Below are positions 26,601 to 40,273 of a stretch of DNA of 64,000 bases, in pieces. The DNA lies in assembly GCF_009914755.1 (NCBI RefSeq), contig NC_060937.1; one strand, written 5' to 3'. Below the pieces are notes generated by a model. The model saw only the letters and a list, made by a program, of their open reading frames with translations. It ran no database searches and was not told the DNA's origin. The stretch's first letter is position 1. Every line of letters begins with the position of its first letter. This DNA comes from the human T2T-CHM13v2.0 reference genome, Homo sapiens. Both the position numbers and the translations under genes were made by a program.

Positions 26601-29600
26601 GTTTGTGAGAATGCTTCTGTCTAGATTTTGTATGACGATATTCCCTTTTCCAACGATATCGTTAAAGCAATCTAAATATCCATTTGCAGAATCCACAAAA
26701 ATAGAGTTTCAAAGCTGCTCTGTAAAAAGAAAGGTTCCACTCTGTTAGCTGAGTACACACATCACAAACTTGTTTCTCAGAATCCTTCTGTCTCGTTTTT
26801 ATGGGAAGATATTTACTTTTTCACCGTAGGCATCAAAGCGCTCCAAATGTCCACATCCAGATACTCCAGAAAGAGTGTTTCAAACCTGCTCTATGAAAGG
26901 GAATCTTCAACTCTATGAGTTGAATGCAGACATCAGAAAGAAATTTCTGAGAATGCTGCTGTCTACCTTTTATTTGAATTCCCGCTTCCAACGAAATCCT
27001 CCAAGCTATCCAAATATCCACTTGCAGATTCCACAAAAAGAGTGTTTCAAAACTGCTCTCTATCAATGGCAAAGTTCAACTCTGTTAGTTGAGGACACAT
27101 ATCACCAACAAGTTTCTGAGAATGCTTCTGTCTATTTTTTATGGGAAGATATTTCCTTTTTCACCGTAGGCGTCAAGGCGATCGAAATGTCCACTTCCAC
27201 AAACTACAAAAAGAGTGTTTCAAACCTGCTCTATGAAAGGCCATGTTCATCTCTATGAGTCGAATGGAAATATCCGAAAGAAATTTCTGGGAATGCTGCT
27301 GTCTAGTTTTTATACGAATTCCCGCTTCCAACGAAATCCTCAAAGCAATCCAAATATCCACTTGCAGAATCCACAAAAAGAGTGTTTCAAAACTGCTCTA
27401 TCAATAGAAAGGTTCAACTCTTTTAGTTGAGTACACACATCACAAACAAGTTTCTGAGAATGCTTCTGTCTGGCTTTTATTGGAAGACGTTTCCTTTTCA
27501 CCAAAGGCATCAAAGCGCTCCAAATGTCCACTTCCAGATTCTTCCAAAAGAGTGTTTGAAACGTGCTCAAAGTAAGGGAATGTTCAACTCTGTGACTTGA
27601 ATGCAGATATCACCAAGTAGTTTCTAATAGTGCTTCTGTCTAGATTTTAGATGATGATATTCCCGTTTCCAACGAAATCGTTAGAGCTATCCAAATATCC
27701 ACTTAGTTTCTACAAAAAGAGTGTTTCCAAACTGCTGCATCAAAAGAAAGGTTCAACTCTGTTAGTTGAGGACACACATCACAAAGAAGTTTGTGAGAAT
27801 GCTTCTGTCTAGATTTTGTATGACCATATTCCCTTTTCCAGCGATATCATTAAAGCAATCTAAATATCCATTTGCAGAATCCACAAAAATAGAGTTTCAA
27901 AGCTGCTCTGTAAAAAGAAAGGTTCCACTCTGTTAGCTGAGTACACACATCACAAACTTGTTTCTCAGAATCCTTCTGTCTCGTTTTTCTGGGAAGATAT
28001 TTACTTTTTCACCGTAGGCATCAAAGCGCTCCAAATGTCCACATCCAGATACTCCAGAAAGAGTGTTTCAAACCTGCTCTATGAAAGGGAATCTTCAACT
28101 CTATGAGTTGAATGCAGACATCAGAAAGAAATTTCTGAGAATGCTGCTGTCTACCTTTTATTTGAATTCCCGCTTCCAACGAAATCCTCCAAGCTATCCA
28201 AATATCCACCTGCATTTTCCACAAAAAGAGCGTTTCAAAACTGCTCTATCAATAGAAATGTTCAACTCCTTTGGCTGGGTACACACATCACAAACAAGTT
28301 TCTGAGAATGCTTCTGTCTAGTTTTTATGGGAAGACATTCCCTTTTTCACCAAAGGCATCAAAGCGCTCCAAATGTCCACTTCCAGACACTACAAAAAGA
28401 GTGTTTCCAACGTGCTCTAAGAAAGCGAATGTTCAACTCTGTGACTTGAATGCAGATATCACAAAGTAGTTTCTGAGAGGGCTTCTCTCTAGATTTTAGA
28501 TGATGATATTCCCGTTTCCAACGAAATCATTAGAGCTATCCAAATATCCACTTACAGTTTCTACAAAAAGAGTGTTTCCAAACTGCTGCATCAAAAGAGA
28601 GGTTCCACTCTGTTAGCTGAGTACAAACATCACAAACTTGTTTCTGAGAATCCTTCTGTCTCGTTTTTATGGGAAGATATTTACTTTTTCACCGTAGGCA
28701 TCAAAGCGCTCCAAATGTCCACATCCAGATACTCCAGAAAGAGTGTTTCAAACCTGCTCTATGAAAGGGAATCTTCAACTCTATGAGTTGAATGCAGACA
28801 TCAGAAAGAAATTTCTGAGAATGCTGCTGTCTACCTTTTATTTGAACTCCCGCTTCCAACGAAATCTTCCAAGCTATCCAAATATCCACTTGCATTTTCC
28901 ACAAAAAGAGTGCTTCAAAACTGCTCTATCAATAGAAATGTTCAACTCCTTTAGCTGGGTGCACACATCACAAACAAGTTTCTGAGAATGCTTCTGTCTA
29001 GTTTTTATGGGAAGACATTCCCTTTTTCACCAAAGGCATCAAAGCGCTCCAAATGTCCACTTCCAGACACTACAAAAAGAGTGTTTCCAACGTGCTCTAA
29101 GAAAGCGAATGTTCAACTCTGTGACTTGAATGCAGATATCACAAAGTAGTTTCTGAGAGGGCTTCTGTCTAGATTTTAGATGATGATATTCCCGTTTCCA
29201 ACGAAATCATTAGAGCTATCCAAATATCCACTTACAGTTTCTACAAAAAGAGTGTTTCCAAACTGCTGCATCAAAAGAGAGGTTCCACTCTGTTAGCTGA
29301 GTACACACATCACAAACTTGTTTCTGAGAATCCTTCTGTGTCGTTTTTATGGGAAGATATTTACTTTTTCACCGTAGGCATCAAAGCGCTCCAAATGTCC
29401 ACATCCAGATACTCCAGAAAGAGTGTTTCAAACCTGCTCTATGAAAGGGAATATTCAACTCTATGAGTTGAATGCAGACATCAGAAAGAAATTTCTGAGA
29501 ATGCTGCTGTCTACCTTTTATTTGAATTCCCGCTTCCAACGAAATCCTCCAAGCTATCCAAATATCCACTTGCAGATTCCACAAAAAGAGTGTTTCAAAA

Positions 29601-32600
29601 CTGCTCTCTATCAATGGCAAAGTTCAACTCTGTTAGTTGAGGACACATATCACCAACAAGTTTCTGAGAATGCTTCTGTCTATTTTTTATGGGAAGATAT
29701 TTCCTTTTTCACCGTAGGCGTCAAGGCGATCGAAATGTCCACTTCCACAAACTACAAAAAGAGTGTTTCAAACCTGCTCTATGAAAGGCCATGTTCATCT
29801 CTATGAGTCGAATGGAAATATCCGAAAGAAATTTCTGGGAATGCTGCTGTCTAGTTTTTATACGAATTCCCGCTTCCAACGAAATCCTCAAAGCAATCCA
29901 AATATCCACTTGCAGAATCCACAAAAAGAGTGTTTCAAAACTGCTCTATCAATAGAAAGGTTCAACTCTTTTAGTTGAGTACACACATCACAAACAAGTT
30001 TCTGAGAATGCTTCTGTCTGGCTTTTATTGGAAGACGTTTCCTTTTCACCAAAGGCATCAAAGCGCTCCAAATGTCCACTTCCAGATTCTTCCAAAAGAG
30101 TGTTTGAAACGTGCTCAAAGTAAGGGAATGTTCAACTCTGTGACTTGAATGCAGATATCACCAAGTAGTTTCTAATAGTGCTTCTGTCTAGATTTTAGAT
30201 GATGATATTCCCGTTTCCAACGAAATCGTTAGAGCTATCCAAATATCCACTTACAGTTGCTACAAAAACAGTGTTTCCAAACTGCTGCATCAAAAGAAAG
30301 GTTCAACTCTGTTAGTTGAGGACACACATCACAAAGAAGTTTGTGAGAATGCTTCTGTCTAGATTTTGTATGACGATATTCCCTTTTCCAACGATATCGT
30401 TAAAGCAATCTAAATATCCATTTGCAGAATCCACAAAAATAGAGTTTCAAAGCTGCTCTGTAAAAAGAAAGGTTCCACTCTGTTAGCTGAGTACACACAT
30501 CACAAACTTGTTTCTCAGAATCCTTCTGTCTCGTTTTTATGGGAAGATATTTACTTTTTCACCGTAGGCATCAAAGCGCTCCAAATGTCCACATCCAGAT
30601 ACTCCAGAAAGAGTGTTTCAAACCTGCTCTATGAAAGGGAATCTTCAACTCTATGAGTTGAATGCAGACATCAGAAAGAAATTTCTGAGAATGCTGCTGT
30701 CTACCTTTTATTTGAATTCCCGCTTCCAACGAAATCCTCCAAGCTATCCAAATATCCACTTGCAGATTCCACAAAAAGAGTGTTTCAAAACTGCTCTCTA
30801 TCAATGGCAAAGTTCAACTCTGTTAGTTGAGGACACATATCACCAACAAGTTTCTGAGAATGCTTCTGTCTATTTTTTATGGGAAGATATTTCCTTTTTC
30901 ACCGTAGGCGTCAAGGCGATCGAAATGTCCACTTCCACAAACTACAAAAAGAGTGTTTCAAACCTGCTCTATGAAAGGCCATGTTCATCTCTATGAGTCG
31001 AATGGAAATATCCGAAAGAAATTTCTGGGAATGCTGCTGTCTAGTTTTTATACGAATTCCCGCTTCCAACGAAATCCTCAAAGCAATCCAAATATCCACT
31101 TGCAGAATCCACAAAAAGAGTGTTTCAAAACTGCTCTATCAATAGAAAGGTTCAACTCTTTTAGTTGAGTACACACATCACAAACAAGTTTCTGAGAATG
31201 CTTCTGTCTGGCTTTTATTGGAAGACGTTTCCTTTTCACCAAAGGCATCAAAGCGCTCCAAATGTCCACTTCCAGATTCTTCCAAAAGAGTGTTTGAAAC
31301 GTGCTCAAAGTAAGGGAATGTTCAACTCTGTGACTTGAATGCAGATATCACCAAGTAGTTTCTAATAGTGCTTCTGTCTAGATTTTAGATGATGATATTC
31401 CCGTTTCCAACGAAATCGTTAGAGCTATCCAAATATCCCCTTACAGTTGCTACAAAAACAGTGTTTCCAAACTGCTGCATCAAAAGAAAGGTTCAACTCT
31501 GTTAGTTGAGGACACACATCACAAAGAAGTTTGTGAGAATGCTTCTGTCTAGATTTTGTATGACCATATTCCCTTTTCCAACGATATCGTTAAAGCAATC
31601 TAAATATCCATTTGCAGAATCCACAAAAATAGAGTTTCAAAGCTGCTCTGTAAAAAGAAAGGTTCCACTCTGTTAGCTGAGTACACACATCACAAACTTG
31701 TTTCTCAGAATCCTTCTGTCTCGTTTTTATGGGAAGATATTTACTTTTTCACCGTAGGCATCAAAGCGCTCCAAATGTCCACATCCAGATACTCCAGAAA
31801 GAGTGTTTCAAACCTGCTCTATGAAAGGGAATCTTCAACTCTATGAGTTGAATGCAGACATCAGAAAGAAATTTCTGAGAATGCTGCTGTCTACCTTTTA
31901 TTTGAATTCCCGCTTCCAACGAAATCCTCCAAGCTATCCAAATATCCACTTGCAGATTCCACAAAAAGAGTGTTTCAAAACTGCTCTCTATCAATGGCAA
32001 AGTTCAACTCTGTTAGTTGAGGACACATATCACCAACAAGTTTCTGAGAATGCTTCTGTCTATTTTTTATGGGAAGATATTTCCTTTTTCACCGTAGGCG
32101 TCAAGGCGATCGAAATGTCCACTTCCACAAACTACAAAAAGAGTGTTTCAAACCTGCTCTATGAAAGGCCATGTTCATCTCTATGAGTCGAATGGAAATA
32201 TCCGAAAGAAATTTCTGGGAATGCTGCTGTCTAGTTTTTATACGAATTCCCGCTTCCAACGAAATCCTCAAAGCAATCCAAATATCCACTTGCAGAATCC
32301 ACAAAAAGAGTGTTTCAAAACTGCTCTATCAATAGAAAGGTTCAACTCTTTTAGTTGAGTACACACATCACAAACAAGTTTCTGAGAATGCTTCTGTCTG
32401 GCTTTTATTGGAAGACGTTTCCTTTTCACCAAAGGCATCAAAGCGCTCCAAATGTCCACTTCCAGATTCTTCCAAAAGAGTGTTTGAAACGTGCTCAAAG
32501 TAAGGGAATGTTCAACTCTGTGACTTGAATGCAGATATCACCAAGTAGTTTCTAATAGTGCTTCTGTCTAGATTTTAGATGATGATATTCCCGTTTCCAA

Positions 32601-35600
32601 CGAAATCGTTAGAGCTATCCAAATATCCACTTACAGTTGCTACAAAAACAGTGTTTCCAAACTGCTGCATCAAAAGAAAGGTTCAACTCTGTTAGTTGAG
32701 GACACACATCACAAAGAAGTTTGTGAGAATGCTTCTGTCTAGATTTTGTATGACCATATTCCCTTTTCCAGCGATATCATTAAAGCAATCTAAATATCCA
32801 TTTGCAGAATCCACAAAAATAGAGTTTCAAAGCTGCTCTGTAAAAAGAAAGGTTCCACTGTGTTAGCTGAGTACACACATCACAAACTTGTTTCTCAGAA
32901 TCCTTCTGTCTCGTTTTTATGGGAAGATATTTACTTTTTCACCGTAGGCATCAAAGCGCTCCAAATGTCCACATCCAGATACTCCAGAAAGAGTGTTTCA
33001 AACCTGCTCTATGAAAGGGAATCTTCAACTCTATGAGTTGAATGCAGACATCAGAAAGAAATTTCTGAGAATGCTGCTGTCTACCTTTTATTTGAACTCC
33101 CGCTTCCAACGAAATCCTCCAAGCTATCCAAATATCCACTTGCATTTTCCACAAAAAGAGTGCTTCAAAACTGCTCTATCAATAAATGTTCAACTCCTTT
33201 AGCTGGGTGCACACATCACAAACAAGTTTCTGAGAATGCTTCTGTCTAGTTTTTATGGGAAGACATTCCCTTTTTCACCAAAGGCATCAAAGCGCTCCAA
33301 ATGTCCACTTCCAGACACTACAAAAAGAGTGTTTCCAACGTGCTCTAAGAAAGCGAATGTTCAACTCTGTGACTTGAATGCAGATATCACAAAGTAGTTT
33401 CTGAGAGAGCTTCTGTCTAGATTTTAGATGATGATATTCCCGTTTCCAACGAAATCATTAGAGCTATCCAAATATCCACTTACGGTTTCTACAAAAAGAG
33501 TGTTTCCAAACTGCTGCATCAAAAGAGAGGTTCCACTCTGTTAGCTGAGTACACACATCACAAACTTGTTTCTGAGAATCCTTCTGTGTCGTTTTTATGG
33601 CAAGATATTTACTTTTTCACCGTAGGCATCAAAGCGCTCCAAATGTCCACATCCAGATACTCCAGAAAGAGTGTTTCAAACCTGCTCTATGAAAGGGAAT
33701 CTTCAACTCTATGAGTTGAATGCAGACATCAGAAAGAAATTTCTGAGAATGCTGCTGTCTACCTTTTATTTGAATTCCCGCTTCCAACGAAATCCTCCAA
33801 GCTATCCAAATATCCACTTGCAGATTCCACAAAAAGAGTGTTTCAAAACTGCTCTCTATCAATGGCAAAGTTCAACTCTGTTAGTTGAGGACACATATCA
33901 CCAACAAGTTTCTGAGAATGCTTCTGTCTATTTTTTATGGGAAGATATTTCCTTTTTCACCGTAGGCGTCAAGGCGATCGAAATGTCCACTTCCACAAAC
34001 TACAAAAAGAGTGTTTCAAACCTGCTCTATGAAAGGCCATGTTCATCTCTATGAGTCGAATGGAAATATCCGAAAGAAATTTCTGGGAATGCTGCTGTCT
34101 AGTTTTTATACGAATTCCCGCTTCCAACGAAATCCTCAAAGCAATCCAAATATCCACTTGCAGAATCCACAAAAAGAGTGTTTCAAAACTGCTCTATCAA
34201 TAGAAAGGTTCAACTCTTTTAGTTGAGTACACACATCACAAACAAGTTTCTGAGAATGCTTCTGTCTGGCTTTTATTGGAAGACGTTTCCTTTTCACCAA
34301 AGGCATCAAAGCGCTCCAAATGTCCACTTCCAGATTCTTCCAAAAGAGTGTTTGAAACGTGCTCAAAGTAAGGGAATGTTCAACTCTGTGACTTGAATGC
34401 AGATATCACCAAGTAGTTTCTAATAGTGCTTCTGTCTAGATTTTAGATGATGATATTCCCGTTTCCAACGAAATCGTTAGAGCTATCCAAATATCCACTT
34501 ACAGTTGCTACAAAAACAGTGTTTCCAAACTGCTGCATCAAAAGAAAGGTTCAACTCTGTTAGTTGAGGACACACATCACAAAGAAGTTTGTGAGAATGC
34601 TTCTGTCTAGATTTTGTATGACGATATTCCCTTTTCCAACGATATCGTTAAAGCAATCTAAATATCCATTTGCAGAATCCACAAAAATAGAGTTTCAAAG
34701 CTGCTCTGTAAAAAGAAAGGTTCCACTCTGTTAGCTGAGTACACACATCACAAACTTGTTTCTCAGAATCCTTCTGTCTCGTTTTTATGGGAAGATATTT
34801 ACTTTTTCACCGTAGGCATCAAAGCGCTCCAAATGTCCACATCCAGATACTCCAGAAAGAGTGTTTCAAACCTGCTCTATGAAAGGGAATCTTCAACTCT
34901 ATGAGTTGAATGCAGACATCAGAAAGAAATTTCTGAGAATGCTGCTGTCTACCTTTTATTTGAATTCCCGCTTCCAACGAAATCCTCCAAGCTATCCAAA
35001 TATCCACTTGCAGATTCCACAAAAAGAGTGTTTCAAAACTGCTCTCTATCAATGGCAAAGTTCAACTCTGTTAGTTGAGGACACATATCACCAACAAGTT
35101 TCTGAGAATGCTTCTGTCTATTTTTTATGGGAAGATATTTCCTTTTTCACCGTAGGCGTCAAGGCGATCGAAATGTCCACTTCCACAAACTACAAAAAGA
35201 GTGTTTCAAACCTGCTCTATGAAAGGCCATGTTCATCTCTATGAGTCGAATGGAAATATCCGAAAGAAATTTCTGGGAATGCTGCTGTCTAGTTTTTATA
35301 CGAATTCCCGCTTCCAACGAAATCCTCAAAGCAATCCAAATATCCACTTGCAGAATCCACAAAAAGAGTGTTTCAAAACTGCTCTATCAATAGAAAGGTT
35401 CAACTCTTTTAGTTGAGTACACACATCACAAACAAGTTTCTGAGAATGCTTCTGTCTGGCTTTTATTGGAAGACGTTTCCTTTTCACCAAAGGCATCAAA
35501 GCGCTCCAAATGTCCACTTCCAGATTCTTCCAAAAGAGTGTTTGAAACGTGCTCAAAGTAAGGGAATGTTCAACTCTGTGACTTGAATGCAGATATCACC

Positions 35601-36026
35601 AAGTAGTTTCTAATAGTGCTTCTGTCTAGATTTTAGATGATGATATTCCCGTTTCCAACGAAATCGTTAGAGCTATCCAAATATCCCCTTACAGTTGCTA
35701 CAAAAACAGTGTTTCCAAACTGCTGCATCAAAAGAAAGGTTCAACTCTGTTAGTTGAGGACACACATCACAAAGAAGTTTGTGAGAATGCTTCTGTCTAG
35801 ATTTTGTATGACGATATTCCCTTTTCCAACGATATCGTTAAAGCAATCTAAATATCCATTTGCAGAATCCACAAAAATAGAGTTTCAAAGCTGCTCTGTA
35901 AAAAGAAAGGTTCCACTCTGTTAGCTGAGTACACACATCACAAACTTGTTTCTCAGAATCCTTCTGTCTCGTTTTTATGGGAAGATATTTACTTTTTCAC
36001 CGTAGGCATCAAAGCGCTCCAAATGT
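17675..36026. repeat. Tandem super-HOR duplication, 2 x 9176 bp (54 monomers each)
   Basis: Same cassette order and rare variants at an exact 9176 offset: 19311/28487, 19450/28626, 20277/29453, 22263/31439, 24425/33601, 26511/35687. Boundaries are approximate to about one cassette. Confidence 0.9.
19543..20222 (-). repeat. Variant 4-mer (4', 680 bp), second member of a 4+4 tandem; also at 28719-29398
   Basis: Shares the 4* substitutions but lacks the 2-bp deletion and the cttacGg change. Directly follows a standard-type 4-mer. Confidence 0.9.
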
Positions 36027-39000
36027 CCACATCCAGATACTCCAGAAAGAGTGTTTCAAACCTGCTCTATGAAAGGGAATCTTCAACTCTATGAGTTGAA
36101 TGCAGACATCAGAAAGAAATTTCTGAGAATGCTGCTGTCTACCTTTTATTTGAATTCCCGCTTCCAACGAAATCCTCCAAGCTATCCAAATATCCACTTG
36201 CAGATTCCACAAAAAGAGTGTTTCAAAACTGCTCTCTATCAATGGCAAAGTTCAACTCTGTTAGTTGAGGACACATATCACCAACAAGTTTCTGAGAATG
36301 CTTCTGTCTATTTTTTATGGGAAGATATTTCCTTTTTCACCGTAGGCGTCAAGGCGATCGAAATGTCCACTTCCACAAACTACAAAAAGAGTGTTTCAAA
36401 CCTGCTCTATGAAAGGCCATGTTCATCTCTATGAGTCGAATGGAAATATCCGAAAGAAATTTCTGGGAATGCTGCTGTCTAGTTTTTATACGAATTCACG
36501 CTTCCAACGAAATCCTCAAAGCAATCCAAATATCCACTTGCAGAATCCACAAAAAGAGTGTTTCAAAACTGCTCTATCAATAGAAAGGTTCAACTCTTTT
36601 AGTTGAGTACACACATCACAAACAAGTTTCTGAGAATGCTTCTGTCTGGCTTTTATTGGAAGACGTTTCCTTTTCACCAAAGGCATCAAAGCGCTCCAAA
36701 TGTCCACTTCCAGATTCTTCCAAAAGAGTGTTTGAAACGTGCTCAAAGTAAGGGAATGTTCAACTCTGTGACTTGAATGCAGATATCACCAAGTAGTTTC
36801 TAATAGTGCTTCTGTCTAGATTTTAGATGATGATATTCCCGTTTCCAACGAAATCGTTAGAGCTATCCAAATATCCACTTACAGTTGCTACAAAAACAGT
36901 GTTTCCAAACTGCTGCATCAAAAGAAAGGTTCAACTCTGTTAGTTGAGGACACACATCACAAAGAAGTTTGTGAGAATGCTTCTGTCTAGATTTTGTATG
37001 ACCATATTCCCTTTTCCAGCGATATCATTAAAGCAATCTAAATATCCATTTGCAGAATCCACAAAAATAGAGTTTCAAAGCTGCTCTGTAAAAAGAAAGG
37101 TTCCACTCTGTTAGCTGAGTACACACATCACAAACTTGTTTCTCAGAATCCTTCTGTCTCGTTTTTATGGGAAGATATTTACTTTTTCACCGTAGGCATC
37201 AAAGCGCTCCAAATGTCCACATCCAGATACTCCAGAAAGAGTGTTTCAAACCTGCTCTATGAAAGGGAATCTTCAACTCTATGAGTTGAATGCAGACATC
37301 AGAAAGAAATTTCTGAGAATGCTGCTGTCTACCTTTTATTTGAACTCCCGCTTCCAACGAAATCCTCCAAGCTATCCAAATATCCACTTGCATTTTCCAC
37401 AAAAAGAGTGCTTCAAAACTGCTCTATCAATAAATGTTCAACTCCTTTAGCTGGGTGCACACATCACAAACAAGTTTCTGAGAATGCTTCTGTCTAGTTT
37501 TTATGGGAAGACATTCCCTTTTTCACCAAAGGCATCAAAGCGCTCCAAATGTCCACTTCCAGACACTACAAAAAGAGTGTTTCCAACGTGCTCTAAGAAA
37601 GCGAATGTTCAACTCTGTGACTTGAATGCAGATATCACAAAGTAGTTTCTGAGAGGGCTTCTGTCTAGATTTTAGATGATGATATTCCCGTTTCCAACGA
37701 AATCATTAGAGCTATCCAAATATCCACTTACGGTTTCTACAAAAAGAGTGTTTCCAAACTGCTGCATCAAAAGAGAGGTTCCACTCTGTTAGCTGAGTAC
37801 ACACATCACAAACTTGTTTCTGAGAATCCTTCTGTGTCGTTTTTATGGCAAGATATTTACTTTTTCACCGTAGGCATCAAAGCGCTCCAAATGTCCACAT
37901 CCAGATACTCCAGAAAGAGTGTTTCAAACCTGCTCTATGAAAGGGAATCTTCAACTCTATGAGTTGAATGCAGACATCAGAAAGAAATTTCTGAGAATGC
38001 TGCTGTCTACCTTTTATTTGAATTCCCGCTTCCAACGAAATCCTCCAAGCTATCCAAATATCCACTTGCAGATTCCACAAAAAGAGTGTTTCAAAACTGC
38101 TCTCTATCAATGGCAAAGTTCAACTCTGTTAGTTGAGGACACATATCACCAACAAGTTTCTGAGAATGCTTCTGTCTATTTTTTATGGGAAGATATTTCC
38201 TTTTTCACCGTAGGCGTCAAGGCGATCGAAATGTCCACTTCCACAAACTACAAAAAGAGTGTTTCAAACCTGCTCTATGAAAGGCCATGTTCATCTCTAT
38301 GAGTCGAATGGAAATATCCGAAAGAAATTTCTGGGAATGCTGCTGTCTAGTTTTTATACGAATTCCCGCTTCCAACGAAATCCTCAAAGCAATCCAAATA
38401 TCCACTTGCAGAATCCACAAAAAGAGTGTTTCAAAACTGCTCTATCAATAGAAAGGTTCAACTCTTTTAGTTGAGTACACACATCACAAACAAGTTTCTG
38501 AGAATGCTTCTGTCTGGCTTTTATTGGAAGACGTTTCCTTTTCACCAAAGGCATCAAAGCGCTCCAAATGTCCACTTCCAGATTCTTCCAAAAGAGTGTT
38601 TGAAACGTGCTCAAAGTAAGGGAATGTTCAACTCTGTGACTTGAATGCAGATATCACCAAGTAGTTTCTAATAGTGCTTCTGTCTAGATTTTAGATGATG
38701 ATATTCCCGTTTCCAACGAAATCGTTAGAGCTATCCAAATATCCATTACAGTTGCTACAAAAACAGTGTTTCCAAACTGCTGCATCAAAAGAAAGGTTCA
38801 ACTCTGTTAGTTGAGGACACACATCACAAAGAAGTTTGTGAGAATGCTTCTGTCTAGATTTTGTATGACGATATTCCCTTTTCCAACGATATCGTTAAAG
38901 CAATCTAAATATCCATTTGCAGAATCCACAAAAATAGAGTTTCAAAGCTGCTCTGTAAAAAGAAAGGTTCCACTCTGTTAGCTGAGTACACACATCACAA

Positions 39001-40273
39001 ACTTGTTTCTCAGAATCCTTCTGTCTCGTTTTTCTGGGAAGATATTTACTTTTTCACCGTAGGCATCAAAGCGCTCCAAATGTCCACATCCAGATACTCC
39101 AGAAAGAGTGTTTCAAACCTGCTCTATGAAAGGGAATCTTCAACTCTATGAGTTGAATGCAGACATCAGAAAGAAATTTCTGAGAATGCTGCTGTCTACC
39201 TTTTATTTGAATTCCCGCTTCCAACGAAATCCTCCAAGCTATCCAAATATCCACTTGCAGATTCCACAAAAAGAGTGTTTCAAAACTGCTCTCTATCAAT
39301 GGCAAAGTTCAACTCTGTTAGTTGAGGACACATATCACCAACAAGTTTCTGAGAATGCTTCTGTCTATTTTTTATGGGAAGATATTTCCTTTTTCACCGT
39401 AGGCGTCAAGGCGATCGAAATGTCCACTTCCACAAACTACAAAAAGAGTGTTTCAAACCTGCTCTATGAAAGGCCATGTTCATCTCTATGAGTCGAATGG
39501 AAATATCCGAAAGAAATTTCTGGGAATGCTGCTGTCTAGTTTTTATACGAATTCCCGCTTCCAACGAAATCCTCAAAGCAATCCAAATATCCACTTGCAG
39601 AATCCACAAAAAGAGTGTTTCAAAACTGCTCTATCAATAGAAAGGTTCAACTCTTTTAGTTGAGTACACACATCACAAACAAGTTTCTGAGAATGCTTCT
39701 GTCTGGCTTTTATTGGAAGACGTTTCCTTTTCACCAAAGGCATCAAAGCGCTCCAAATGTCCACTTCCAGATTCTTCCAAAAGAGTGTTTGAAACGTGCT
39801 CAAAGTAAGGGAATGTTCAACTCTGTGACTTGAATGCAGATATCACCAAGTAGTTTCTAATAGTGCTTCTGTCTAGATTTTAGATGATGATATTCCCGTT
39901 TCCAACGAAATCGTTAGAGCTATCCAAATATCCACTTACAGTTGCTACAAAAACAGTGTTTCCAAACTGCTGCATCAAAAGAAAGGTTCAACTCTGTTAG
40001 TTGAGGACACACGTCACAAAGAAGTTTGTGAGAATGCTTCTGTCTAGATTTTGTATGACGATATTCCCTTTTCCAACGATATCGTTAAAGCAATCTAAAT
40101 ATCCATTTGCAGAATCCACAAAAATAGAGTTTCAAAGCTGCTCTGTAAAAAGAAAGGTTCCACTCTGTTAGCTGAGTACACACATCACAAACTTGTTTCT
40201 CAGAATCCTTCTGTCTCGTTTTTCTGGGAAGATATTTACTTTTTCACCGTAGGCATCAAAGCGCTCCAAATGT

